DNA from: Octopus bimaculoides
Taxonomy: Eukaryota
Assembly (NCBI RefSeq): GCF_001194135.2
Contig: NC_068982.1
Location: forward strand, 178,076,212-178,140,211
Direction of reading: 5' to 3'
DNA: 64,000 bases
Shown here: positions 50,471-63,212 of the stretch, piece by piece
Numbering within the stretch: position 1 is the stretch's first letter
Layout of the letters: the number at the start of each line of letters is the position of its first letter
Notes under the pieces: model-generated
What the model was told of the DNA's origin: nothing
Databases searched by the model: none
What the model saw: the letters and a program-made list of their open reading frames with translations, nothing else
Made by a program: the position numbers and the translations under genes

Positions 50471-52080
50471 TGACAGGGTCCCCCGATCCCTTATCTGGTA
50501 GGTGATGTGGAAACTGGGAATTGATGAATGGTTAATAAGGGCTGCACAGGCCCTATACAGAGATGCCTTCACTAGGGTTAGGATTGAAAATGAGTATAGT
50601 GAAGAATTCCGGGTAGAAGCAGGGGTTCACCAAGGATCAGCCCTCAGCCCCCTCTTATTCATCATAGTCCTCCAGGCAATAAAAGAGGAATTCAAGACAG
50701 GTTGCCCCTGGGAACTCCTCTATGCTGATGATCTGGCCCTCATAGCAGAACCACTACCAGAACTAGAGAAGAAATTTCAGGTTTGGAAGCAAGGTTTAGA
50801 ATCAAAGGGCCTTAGAGTCAATGTTGCAAAAACAAAAGTTCTAGTAAGTAGGAAGGCAAACACATCACACACCCCTTCAGGTAGGTGGCCCTGCTCAATC
50901 TGTAGAAAAAGGTGTAGGTAGAAATTCCATAACTGGGAAGATAGCTTTCATGTGCAGCAGATGCACAGGGACAATAAACACCACAGATGCTCAGAAAACA
51001 GACACNNNNNNNNNNNNNNNNNNNNNNNNNNNNNNNNNNNNGCACAGGGACAATAAACACCACAGATGCTCAGAAAACAGACACCATCACATGCTAGGAG
51101 GAGAAACTAGAAGTAGTTGATAGCTTCTGCTACCTAGGTGACCAAGTCTGTAGTGGGGGTGGATGCTCAGAGAGTGTTACCACTAGAATAAGAATAGCCT
51201 GGGCAAGGTTCAGAAAGCTTCTACCCCTACTGGTAACAAAGGGCCTCTGACTCAGAGTGAAAGGTAGATTGTATGATGCATGTGTGCAAACTGCCAAGCT
51301 TCATGGCAGCAAAACATGGGCTGTGACTGCTGAAGACATGCATAGGCTTGAAAGAAATGAAGCTAGCATGATCCGCTGGATGTGTAATGTCAGTGTGCAC
51401 ACACGACAGAGTGTAAGCACTTTGAGAGAAATGTTAGACATAAGAAACATTGGATGTAACGTGCGTGAGAGACATTCGCGTTGGTATGGTCATGTACTGC
51501 GAATGGACGAGGAGTGCTGTGAAGAAGTGCCATTCCCAAACAGTGGAAAGAATTCAGGGTAGAGGGAGACCCAGGAAGACATGGGATGAGGTGGTGAAGC
51601 ATGACCTTCAAACGTTGGGCCTCACAAAGGCAATGACAAAAGACTGAAACCTCTGGAGGTATGCTGTGATTGAGAAGACCCGGAAAATAAAGTGAGCCCA
51701 CAGTTGTAACCTACACCAGTGTCACATAACCAGCCCACTCAAAAGTACCTTGGATCGTAGGGTGACATACCATACTTGAGGAGACCTATTGAGTCAAGTA
51801 CATCAACATCAACAATATCAAAATCAAATCAAATGGAAATTGTAGTTGTGAGCCCCGTGCCAGTAGCATGCAGAAAGCACCATCCGAATGTGGCCGATGC
51901 CAGTGCCACCTTGACTGGCTTCCATGCTGGTGGCACGTAAAAAGCACCATCTGATCGTGGTCGATGCCAGCTACTCTGGCCCCTTGTGCCGGTGGCACCT
52001 AAAAAGCACCCACTACACTCTCAGAGTGGTTGGTGTTAGGAAGGGCATCCAGCTGTAGAAGCACTGCCAGATCAGATTGG
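50471..52080 (+). mobile_element. 5'-truncated RTE LINE with 3' UTR, antisense in GHITM intron 4
   Basis: ORF 50502-50921 with GVHQGSALSPLLF and ELLYADDLAL; finger partly deleted; ORF 51257-51562; family A UTR. Confidence 0.92.
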
Positions 52081-53199
52081 GGGTATATGTAATCATTCAA
52101 TAACACGTGAAGAAATGAATTGCTATTACAATATTTCTGATTCTTCTAAGATATTTATTACTACTTGATAATAAATACCTTAGAACAATCAGAAATATTT
52201 TTCAGTCAAAATATATTTGATTGTAATGATTATAACACACCTATTATTTTCAGATTCTCTGAAATTACTGACACAGGCAAACCACAATTCTATTAACCAC
52301 AATCTTTTTAATTGGCAACAAGTGCCACATCTACTTTTAAAGTTGAGTGATTTGTCATAAAAATACTTTGAACAGTAAAAGAAAAAAATATTGTTCCAGC
52401 AAATACTAACCTATTTTTAAAAAGTATTATTCTATATATTTAGCATGATGATGATGATGATGATGAAATATGTGTACAATAAAATCCAAAAATAATACAG
52501 TGTATGCATAGTATTGAAGAGAAGACAAATATGTGTTAAGGGGAGTAATTAGTGTTAGTCTAGTGTTCTGTTAATAAATAGGAGTTTAAATAAATCTAAT
52601 GATCAGTGTAAGAATATATTATATTTCTAATATTGCTTAATTCTATGAAAGAAATATTTATTATTTAAAAGGCCAAAGTCAATTGAATCAAATGTTTACA
52701 TTACTGGAATATATATCTTATCAATCTGAAAGAGATTATAGTTACTCCTAGAGAGATTTGCACTAAAGATAATTTTTTCTCTGTCATTTATCCCAATGAG
52801 AAGCAGGGTTCATATTCTTTTGAAATCCCATCTCTCACACTAAGGCCAAAGCTGTTTATGTTCCCCTTAAGCTGGTCGTGTGCAGAGAGAAAATTTCAGA
52901 AGTTTGCATCTTGAGAAGGAAGGATTAAGTGTTTAGTAATGGAATTTGGAAATTTTAACAGAAAACAACTCTTGTTGACAATTTATAGAAATATCTGTAT
53001 TTATAAAACTACCAAATACATGAGAAAATGAAAATATAAAATTAAATATCAGCATGGAGCATGATAATAATAATGATATAATCTATATGGATTCACTAAC
53101 TCATATAACATCTAAACTGAATTAGGTATATTTGTTCTACAGCATGAAGAGTTCTGGATTGCAAGACAGACTATCAGAGAGGTGATAAAATAGATAATG

Positions 53200-53715
53200 G
53201 TACACTTGCACTTAGTGATGCTCCTATGAAAGGCTACTAAACATGGAGAATGCTTGGGAGAAAGAGAAACCAGGCATCCTAGTCAACAAATTGATAAATA
53301 AATAAATAAAGCAATCAAGGATATGAAGACAAGGAAAGTCCCTGGTCCATCAGGAATCACCACTGAGATGCTTAAAATATCTTGTAGAGTAGGGTATGGT
53401 GTAGTTAGTTGCCAATATAGTTAATCAGGCTGTACAGGAAGATGTTATACCCATTGACTGGCATTGCAGCATTATTGTCAACTGCAACAAGGGTAAAGGA
53501 GATACTTTAAACAGAGCTACAGATGTATCAAATTGCTGCCCTCTTTCCTGTTTAATAACTGTAGAAGTATTTAGCTAAAAGTAAGCCAGTGTACTTGGCA
53601 TTCATCCACCTGGAGAAAGCCTTCGACAAGGTTCCTCACTCTGTGATCTGGTGGTCCCTGATGAAGCTAGGTCTGAAAGAGCAGCTGGACATTAAATGCA
53701 TGAACTTACGTATGC
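53200..53715 (+). mobile_element. Decayed RTE LINE RT N-terminal fragment
   Basis: Homologous to 40760-41330 (ENAWEKE, KVPGPSGIT, LEKAFDKVP). Confidence 0.8.
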
Positions 53716-53742
53716 AGGAGAGACACTTGTGTTGATAGGGAT

Positions 53743-54127
53743 TGTTGTTGGCACTCCGTCGCTTACGACGTCGAGGGTTCCACTTGATCTGATCAGAGGA
53801 ACAGCCTGCTCGTGAAATTAACGTGCAAGTGGCTGAGCACTCCACAGACACGTGTACCCTTAATGTAGTTCTCGGGGATATTCAGCGTGACACAGTGTGA
53901 CAAGGCTGACCCTTTGAATTACAGGCACAACAGAAACAGGAAGTAAGAGTGAGAGAAAGTTGTGGTGAAAGAGTACAACAGGGTTCGCCACCACCCCCTG
54001 CCGGAGCCTCGTGGAGCTTTAGGTGTTTTCGCTCAATAAACACTCACAACGCCCGGTCTGGGAATCGAAACCGCGATCCTATGACCACAAGTCCGCTGCC
54101 CTAACCACTGGGCCATTGCGCCTCCAC
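53743..54127 (-). mobile_element. Full-length family C SINE with TSD
   Basis: Reverse-complement head GTGGAGGCGCAATGGCCCAGTGGTTAGGGCAGCGG...GGTTTCGATTCCC; (CAA)n tail; flanked by GTTGATAGG(G/A)AT at 53731-53742 and 54128-54139. Confidence 0.93.
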
Positions 54128-54381
54128 GTTGATAGGAATATATGATATTAAAGGACAATGTGTACTGGGTGAAAGAATGCCAATGGAAGAAACCAGTGGC
54201 AAAAAATGAACAAGGAAGACAGTTTTACCTGTATCAAGGTACTGAGCTTCATACATAAAATGTCACAGAATCAAATTAAATGAAAACTTGTTTCACTGCA
54301 AAACTGAAGTATTGAAGATGGATTAAAGACTGCCAATGGCAATTGTTAGAAAAATCAGCTGACATAACAAAGATAACTTAC

Positions 54382-54580
54382 CGCCAACAACTCCAGCTGT
54401 ATACCAAGCTGCGCGTACTACAACAGGACCACCCAAAAGACATAACGGTGCAATGACAGCACCAACAACACCACTATGAAGCATCCAGGCAAACTGTTTT
54501 GCTCCGACTCCGGGCTGGTATGGAATAGATCGAACCAATATACTGCTTCCAATCATTGCAGCAAATGTAGCACCGATAGC
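54382..54580 (-). CDS. GHITM: GHITM coding exon 4: AIGATFAAMIGSSILVRSIPYQPGVGAKQFAWMLHSGVVGAVIAPLCLLGGPVVVRAAWYTAGVVG
   Basis: TTTTCAG acceptor, GTAAGT donor, 199 nt, phase 0 to 1; conserved RAAWYTAG. Confidence 0.96.
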
Positions 54581-54810
54581 CTGAAAATCAATACACATTA
54601 GTTTCCAAAGGTTCAAGTGTTGAAGTAATATTGTTGGAGGATTCATTTTCTTTTGTTATTAATTTCAAAAAGCAGAAGATATTTGGTGTTAGGGTTAGGG
54701 TTAGGGTTTAAAACTAACTGTAATATTGCTCAGAGAAGTTGTTTACAGTTAAACTCCTCTTTTGTGTTTAAACAATACATTTTCAAGTTTTGCATAATTA
54801 TGTGTGTAAG

Positions 54811-55683
54811 TACGAGGTCTGATCAATAAGTGTCCGGACTGTTGCCATAGTAATGAAGCTAAGGCATACAGAGTGAAGCTGCTCGGCACAGACAGACCTT
54901 GACTTCTGCTGTGCATGTGCACTAAGTTTCAACGTTCTAGCTCAATTCCGCTGTTTACAGCAGTAACATGTGTAATGTGTGATTCTCGCATTGACCATGA
55001 CAGAAAGTTGTCATGGCAATACCTGCTCAGAGGCTACACAAAGTTGCAGAAAATGTATGGAGAGCAGTGTATAAACCACACACAAGTGAATGTGTGGTTC
55101 AGACGTTTCCAAGATGGCCAAGAAAAATGTTGATAATGACGAATGTTCTGGGAGACCTGCAACCAGCAGAACTGAGAAAAATATCACAGATGTGAGGGAA
55201 AAATCATCAAATCAACATCTGTGAGTTATCAGAGGATGTGCAGATTAGTTACAGTTCAGGTCAGTTCATTATCACTGAAGATTTGGGTACAAGACACGTG
55301 TCTGCCAAGTTTGTGCCAAAACTGCTTTTAGCTGACCAAAAAGACACTTGGGTTTCAGTTGCACAAGAACTTGATTGTGTTGAGAAAAATGGAAACTTTT
55401 TGAAAACTTTGCGTAGGCCTCTGAGCAGGTATCACCAAGCTTTCGACAAAATTTGATGCAGATTCTCTGCTCAACTTTCTCTGTCATGGTCAATGCGAAG
55501 AACATACGCTACACACATTACTTCCAAGCACTGCTGTAAACAGCAGAAGTGAGGTAGAACATTAAAATTTAGTGTGCATGCACAGCAGAGTTCAAGGTCA
55601 ATCTGTGCCAAGCAGCTTCACTGCATGCACTTTAGCTTTGTTACTATGGTAACAGTCCAGATACTTATACATCAGACCACATA
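54811..55683. mobile_element. Fold-back mariner-derived element (two 5' ends)
   Basis: TA at both ends; long inverted arms; both arms contain the transposase start (MTEKVEQRICIKFC on minus, HTH region on plus). Confidence 0.88.
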
Positions 55684-56942
55684 TTTACATATTTAGGTTA
55701 AGAATCTTTATTTCATACTGTGTTCCAACACACATGTCTACTAAATTTCAGTCATGAAGGACGCCGATGTCAATTCAAGCAACATTTCAACTAATTTAGT
55801 AATGGTAGCCATATTGGACTGAACTTAGACCTGGATTTGTTTTTGTTCAAAGTCAATATATGTACTATTTATTACTTTCTGTAATGTCCACTATAAATCT
55901 TGGGAAATTTTATCATATAGCAACATCTCATTTTCATATCATACACAGCCTACCAGTTCTAACTTTGTTTCCTCTCCTGATTAGAGATATTGTGTTCTGT
56001 AATTCTAATCTTTGAAAGATGGCCTATTACCATTAGTTCAAGGTATGTTTAATTTTTAATCTTTCAAATTTTCTATTTTTTGACAGGATTTAAATGAAAA
56101 CTTTCATAGAATGTAAATGTCAATTCTGGACATTGTTCTCATGTGAATATTTGTTGTGATGAAAACCAGTTGCTGAGAATCAAATCATTTTATTTACTTT
56201 AAAATGTTCAACTTCCAGGATTCTAAGCACTGTAAACAGAAGGCTGCCAACCTTCAAATGAAGTATGATATTATGCATTTGAACTGGAAGCAACAATAAT
56301 GATTCCATAGCATTCACCAGCACTTTAAAAATTTAGTCTTTCTGAATCCTTTTTGAGCAACAAGGGAACTTAATTTTCTCATTAATAACTGGACTGGTCT
56401 CGGTCAAATAGATTTTGAGTTTGGCTTCTAGGCATACTATTACAGCAGTCACTGAAGGAACAGCTATCAATGGGCTTAAAACTTATTTGAATTTGATTCT
56501 TCAACAAAACTAAGTTCAGACAGTCTTCCAGATAAAGACTGTTCCAGGTAGTTAAGCCTAATGCATAATTCAGCTCAAAATGGGTGACATTATTGAAAAT
56601 TAGTTTAAATGAAGAAACATTACATTGTTCCACGAAACCACAACAGAGTATTGGCAATCAGTGTGAAATAAAAGGTTTACAAGTTAAATCTTTGCTCAGA
56701 TGCAGATAGAAAAAAGTAATAGAGCATCTGGTGATAAAGATTAACCTTGTCAAAAATGCAGTATTTTACAAGAGTGATGAATTTATTAATTTTAGAAGTT
56801 ATCTCAATAGTAGTAATAAGCCCTCCTAGAAAATCTTTGTCAAAGAAGAAAAAAATATATACGTATAATTAATTATAAAAAAATGATAATTAACCCAAAA
56901 TGAATTAATCAGTAAAAGTATATTTTCAGGAAAAAAGCTTAC

Positions 56943-57084
56943 CAGCCATGAATTCTTCATCATTAAGTTAAGCATAGTAGGGTTACGGTAGACGGCCATA
57001 GCTGAGAGAGCAGTAATACCAATACTACCGCCAAAATAAAGGTAGGTGTCACGAATTCTCTGCTGTACAATTTCTGGCCATATC
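56943..57084 (-). CDS. GHITM: GHITM coding exon 3: (A)IWPEIVQQRIRDTYLYFGGSIGITALSAMAVYRNPTMLNLMMKNSWL
   Basis: TTTAAG acceptor, GTAAGC donor, 142 nt, phase 2 to 0. Confidence 0.96.
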
Positions 57085-57519
57085 CTTAAATTAAAATTAA
57101 AATGAACCTCAAGTATGTTTATGTGAGTGTCTGTGCGTGTGTGTGTGTGATGTAGGAATACTCTGAGCAACTGCAATACAGGCAATTCGTCTAGGAGAAC
57201 AGTAACTCCAAAAATGAACTGATACAAGATAGAAGGGGACTCCTACATGTTGCTGCAACAGTCTCTCAAGTGCTGCTGACATGGTAACACATAAGTTCAT
57301 GTTGTAAAGTTGTTGATAATAGGAAAGTCAGCCAGTCATAGAAACCATATCAAAAAAATGGAACTGATGTAGACTCACCAAGTTACATCACAGGCAATCT
57401 GGTACAAGGTAGAAAAGACTTTTAGTCTTGCTGCAGACACACTCTCATCCACTCGTGGTACAATAAAATGCACTGAATCTACGTCTTCATCACAAATCAT
57501 ACACAAAGAAAATGTTGGC

Positions 57520-57870
57520 TGGTTTACTCTATTGCAATGTGTGCCAGAGGATATTGACTGCAATGAGATGATGAAGATGAGGATGTTGACAAAACACTGT
57601 AAGACCCATCCAACCTATACCAGCATAGAAAAATGGATGTAAAATATACGTTGGAAAGATATTGTTGTACTTTTTTAAAACTACATTGATTAGAATCATC
57701 ATCATAATTATTTAACGTCTGTTCTCTATGCTGGCATGGGTTGGATGGTTTGAAAGGAGTTGGCCAGATGGAGAGCTGCCCTGGCTCCATTTATCTTGTT
57801 TTGGCATGGTTTCAATAGCTGGATGCCTTTCCTAATGCCAACCACTTTACATAGTGTACTGGGCACTATA
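57520..57870 (-). mobile_element. Family A 3'-end copies
   Basis: Reverse complement of the shared tail. Confidence 0.75.
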
Positions 57871-58233
57871 ATTAAAATGGGCATTAACTAAAGAATCAAC
57901 AGTTCATATCCTCTTATATCATTGGCAATCAACCTCCATACAAAAATAAATTGTACATTGTCATAATCTTTTCTACTCTCATTCCATTGTTCAGTTAAAT
58001 ACATTTTACTTCTCTCCTGAATACATTGATAATACTTTCAAATTCCAATAAATTTTACCTAAATCAATGGTAAAATTAAATAAACTAAACTACAAGATCT
58101 ATAGTCTTGGGACACAAACTGTTTTTCAAACAATCTCTCAAAAAGGAAAATGGATAGAATGTCTTTCATCTCAGGTCTTCTTCATCACATTCTAAAGAAT
58201 AACTAGCATTTCAAATGAAAATTAAAAACTTAC

Positions 58234-58345
58234 GCAGCACGTTCAATGGCTCCCACTTCATTGGATAATCCAAGGCCATAGTAACACAGAGATCCTAAAC
58301 CAATCACAGATGCACCTGCAACCAAGCCACGGCCTAGATTGAAAG
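58234..58345 (-). CDS. GHITM: GHITM coding exon 2: (S)FNLGRGLVAGASVIGLGSLCYYGLGLSNEVGAIERA(A)
   Basis: CACAG acceptor, GTAAGT donor, 112 nt, phase 1 to 2; conserved LCYYGLGLSNE.GAIE. Not in the ORF track. Confidence 0.95.
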
Positions 58346-58867
58346 CTGTGTAGAATAAAGAGAAGATATTGAAAGAAAAAAAAAATATTTTAAGTGAACT
58401 CGTAAATAAAAATTTAAGTTTATATTATGGTTAATATGTAAATATGTGCAAAAGATGACAGATTAATATGAAATACATGCATATTATAGATGGAAAATAC
58501 AAGAAAATTCTGCTTCTTTTACTAGCAAAATTCATCATCATTGTATCGTTTATTTCTAAATTTGCTGCTAAAGGCAATATTTTTCATATTTATTTATAAA
58601 CTGTCAGAAAGACTTTGGGGCCAGAAACAATTGCCAAGTATTGAATCATTTTATGTAGCGCAAATATTAGCCTTCAGTACATAAGTGCAAGATGTTCGCT
58701 TTTATTGCAAATGGTGGTTGCTGGTTTTCAATTAAAGTATACCATAATGGATCTCATCTGGAAATAATAAAATAACATTCACTGGCACATTAACAATTGA
58801 GTCTGACACTTTTCAGATTCTTGCCAAGTGACAAGAAAATTTCAGTGGTGGAGTCATATTTTCCTCT

Positions 58868-60690
58868 TTAACATGTTAACTGCCAACTACAAGTTATCTT
58901 GTAGTTGGCAATCTATACAATTTTGCCAGGTACGAGCATACTCGTAGAGGTCTATTTTATTGTAACGTGCTTAAAATGAACTGGCGTCTAGAACTAACAT
59001 TGTGAGTGTGTTGTGGAAACACTAAAGACACCCTTTATTTGCCCAATGATATGATTTAACTTGTATCATGGCACCTGCCAGGAAATATATTTGGTAAAAC
59101 ATCTATATATATATCAGGTATAAGAAAAAATATTTCCTTTATCATTTATTGCAATTTTTTACATTTGGGTTGTAGTAACATATAAAAGTTTAATTCCTCT
59201 AAATTGAAATACATTATAACATGAGAAATTGAGTGTAAAGTGAAAAAATGAATGTAAAAAAAATACATACAGAAAGATTACTGAAAAATATTTTGTTATT
59301 GAAGCTTACAATTAGAACCAATTTTTATTCCTTTTCTAACTAATTTGAAATAAAAGAAAACATGTTTATTCAAAAAATTATAGACAGAATGACAAATTAT
59401 TCTGCATGGAATGCCTTGAAACATTTTTCTACGCACAAAGCTGGTTTCTCTGGGCACAAGCGTACCTAGTTTCTTTACTAAGTTTCTTTCGTGTACACAC
59501 CCTGCATGGTTTGGTTGGCCTTTGTTTCTTTTCCGTAGGTGGAATTGCTTCCAAGCAGTGGAAATCTACTGCTAGAACTGGAGTTTCTTTTCGTATATGT
59601 TCGCCAAGCAAACACAGCACTACATTATCTCTAAACTTTACAAGTTTCATTTGAGTGTTTCCTACTTTGCAATACACCTTGTGGGCATTATGGATGAGAA
59701 TTTCAAAGATGTGTAGACAAATTCTCTTGTACCAACAGAGTGTTTTCCGAGGACAAGAATAATAGGAAAGCATTTGATCTGATCTATCTATTCCTGATAT
59801 ACCGTTGTTATAATCTCTTACAATATTGGGCTTCTTTGATTTTTTCTTTCCATTACGATTTATCACATCTACCATTTCCACTTGGTGCATATTACTAATT
59901 GTCAATACATCTCTCTTGTCTTTCCATTTGTACACAACTACTTCGTCTGATCTTATCCATTCTGACTCTCCTTTGTTTTTACTAAATCCTTGCGGTTGTC
60001 TTTTCGGGTAAACCTCAGAGTTCCACATATATATGTAGATCGCTGTGGCATTGCTTTTGTCAGCGGAACAGAGTTGTAGTAATCATTTGTGTACAGAATA
60101 TAATCTTTATCAAGGAACTCATCCATCAGACTAAGCACGACTTGACCTGAATGCCCCAAGATGCCAGTTAGAGCATCTTGCTTTCCTGAATAGATAAGAA
60201 TTTTTTTTACAATACCACTTGAGTCACACAGTTCATACAACTTTACACCATATTTATGTCTCTTGTACTGACAAAATACTAACTGACTATGCCAAAGTAC
60301 CATGGACTTGTCAATACAAACTTCTCTCTCTCGGATGTATAATTCTTTCATAATATTTTTGAAATATCTAAGAATGGGATTATTTTATGCAAACGATCAC
60401 CATTATCTTCTTCATTGTTTGGAAAAATGAAGAAATCGGAGCAGCAACTGAAAACGATTCCGACTCATTACGGAAGGAAAAAGAGATTTGTATAAAATGT
60501 TAGTGGACCAATAACTTTCTGCAGATGGTTTGGGACATGTACCCATTTGTAGCATCAGGCCAAAGAAACACTTCATTTCCATCACATTTGTTGTATGCCA
60601 ATCTTTGAACGGGGATGATGTTTGTACAAGACCTTGCTGTTGATCTAATATTTGCAAAGTGTAAGCATTAGTTTCCACAACTAATACAGT
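58868..60690 (-). mobile_element. Decayed piggyBac (PGBD4-like) transposon, 5'-truncated, in GHITM coding intron 1
   Basis: Frameshifted ORFs 60412-60678, 59953-60351, 59429-60028 with MSRNRFQLLLRFLHF, CIDKSM, YTNDYYNSV, YNNGISGIDRSDQ and a C-terminal CRVC...YAC; TTAA-C terminus at 58868-58872 with 13-bp subterminal hairpin 58881-58910. Confidence 0.9.
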
Positions 60691-61016
60691 GCCAGTACCA
60701 CGTAATAAGCACTCATGCTGGTGTCACATGAAAAGCACCCAGCACATACTGTAAAGTGGCTGGTGTTAGGAAGGGCATTCAGCCATAGAAACCAAGCCAA
60801 ATCAGACTGGAATCAAGTTCAGCTTTCCAACTTGTCAGCTCTGATCAAACCATCCAACCCATACCAGCATGGCAAATGGATGTTAAAGGATGATGATGAA
60901 AGTTAACAGTGTATTTCATGTCTAGTGATTCAGAAAATACATATCTTTTTAAAACATAAAATAAGAGACAATAAATTGAAATATGATTTAAATAGAAAGG
61001 TAATAGAAAGTATTAC

Positions 61017-61227
61017 ATGTATCAGTAGCAGGTGCCATAATGATTTCTTTCAAAGATCTGGCTTTGGCAGCTCGTGTAGCTCTTCGGGTTGAGGCACGTG
61101 CTTGATTAGTGAACATCTGTACAGGAGTGTAGAATGATGGTTTGCCAGCTTTCGTCAGGATACATGACCTCGATAGGCAGCTAGTTACAGCTGCCATTGG
61201 CAGACGACTCATTGTAGTTGCCAGCAT
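61017..61227 (-). CDS. GHITM: GHITM coding exon 1: MLATTMSRLP...KARSLKEIIMAPATDT, mitochondrial presequence-like
   Basis: ATG at 61227; GTAAT donor at 61016 in phase 1 joins exon 2 in frame. An upstream TTTTTTGTAG acceptor (exon start 61253) implies an unseen non-coding first exon. Arg/Ser/Ala-rich, almost no acidic residues. Confidence 0.9.
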
Positions 61228-61277
61228 GTGGAAAGGAAACTTTGATCACAATCCTACAAAAAATAATATAATTCCAA

Positions 61278-61311
<34 letters not shown>

Positions 61312-61669
61312 ATATACATACTTTCATACATGCATACACATTCATACCTGTATACAGCTTACTCAAATGTAAGAGCGGGCAGACAGACATAGCACAAAAA
61401 TATAACACAAATACAAGGTAATAAAGCAAACAGTGTAGTAGGCTTACACTCAGAAAAGAGGGAGAAATAGAAGGAAAAGTCTTTTACATTTCAGGTATAC
61501 ACTCTTCTGAAAGAATACACAAGGTGAGAGAAAATGGACAAAGAAACACGTGTGTCTAATGGTCACAATGTGCATGTGTGTGTATAAAATTAACAAATTC
61601 ATTCTCATGTACCCAACAGTTATTGGAATATGTGATATGCTGAATTGTTCACCTTCAAAGATATAGGCA

Positions 61670-62035
61670 CAGACATGGCTAAGAAGTTTACTTTATAGGC
61701 ACATGGTTTCAGGTTCAGTCCCATTGCACAGCACCTTGGGAGAATTATTTTCTACTCTAGGCACAAGGCCTGAAATTTTGGGGGAAGGTCCAGTCGATTA
61801 GATCGACCCAAGTACGCAACAAGTACTTAATTTATTGACCCCGAAAGGATGAAAGGCAAAGTCGACCCTGGCTGAATTTGAACTCAGAAGTTACAGACAG
61901 ACGAAATACCGCTGAGCATTTCACCCGGCGTGCTAACGTTTCTGCCAGCTCGCCGCCTTACAGTACCTTGGGAGAATGTCACCCGACCAACCAATACCCT
62001 TTGAGTAGAATTGGTACATGGAAACTGCATGGAAA
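61670..62035 (+). mobile_element. Family D SINE interrupted by a young family B SINE (61746-61959, minus)
   Basis: 18-bp duplication ACAG(C/T)ACCTTGGGAGAAT at 61728-61745 and 61960-61977. Confidence 0.88.
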
Positions 62036-62049
62036 ATCANNNNNNNNNN

Positions 62050-62096
<47 letters not shown>

Positions 62097-62099
62097 TCA

Positions 62100-62785
62100 C
62101 ACACCATCAGCATCATCATCATTTAGCATGTTTCCCATGCTGGTATGGGTTAGACAGTCTGACTGGGATTAGTAAGTCGGAGAGCTGCACCACACTGCAG
62201 TCTGTTTTGGCTTGGTTTCTACAGCTGGATGCTCTTCCCAACCACTCTACAGAGTGTACCGGGTACCTTTAACATGTCACCAGCACAGGTACCTTTTATG
62301 TGTCACTCGCATATAAAAATACATGTATGTGTGTGTGTGTGTGTATATAAATATGAACATGTGGTGTTTGACCCTTCAAACATTGGGCAAAATGCTGCGC
62401 TAGAGAAGACCTGTCAAGTCAAGTGAAATTGTAGTTGTGGCCAATGCCATCTGACTGGCATGTAAAAGTGTTGGGCCTCACAAACGCAATGACAGGTGAT
62501 CAAAACCTTTGGCGATATACCGTGCTTCTGTAGACCTGTCAAGCCAAGTGAGATCATAGTCGTGGTCAATGCTGGTGTCACATCAATGGCACCTGTGCTG
62601 GTGGCATGTAAAACGCATCCACTACACTCTTGGAGTTGTTAGTGTTAGGGAGGGCATCAAGCCATAGAAACCTTGCCAAATCGGACTGGAACCTAGTGCA
62701 GCTCCCTGGTTTACCAGTTTTCAGTCAAACTGTCCAACCCATACCAGCTTGGAATGTGGATGTTAAACGATGATGATGATGATGG
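62100..62785. mobile_element. Family A copies: minus 62100-62290, plus 62390-62785
   Basis: Shared tail sequences with (CAT)n/(GAT)n. Confidence 0.8.
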
Positions 62786-63212
62786 TGTTTGAGTGTTTGT
62801 TCTTGCTGAACTGAATTCATTGATATTTTTGGATGCCAATATCATTAATCATTCTCATATATCCAATTGTTTCTGGTATTTCTTACATTACGTACAGGAC
62901 GACAATGATTGTAATCCAAATGCCAAGGCTGCATTCGACTATGACACTGCTGACTACTGATGTGTCACCTTTTATCACCTCAGTGGGTTTTTGTATGGCA
63001 GAGATTGTCATCACAAAAACGCCAAATCAAATCTTCTGGAGATACATTTTGAATTGAAAGAGTGGAAACGTTACCAGTATGTGTAAATTCATAGTTGCCA
63101 CATTTGTAACAAGTTCTATCACATTCAAGGTTACTATTTTTCTGGACAATAGGTCTTTTCATATTGGGTATTTCAATACGAAGAGTGACATATTCATAGG
63201 TAGAAGGTAAAG

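Noticed and set aside
50964-51083. 42-bp direct repeat around the 36-N gap
   Set aside because: Identical sequence on both sides of a small gap is most simply an unmerged contig overlap.
31936-61227. Functional GHITM-GRB2 gene cluster
   Set aside because: Simple tandem neighbours on the same strand; nothing in the sequence links them.
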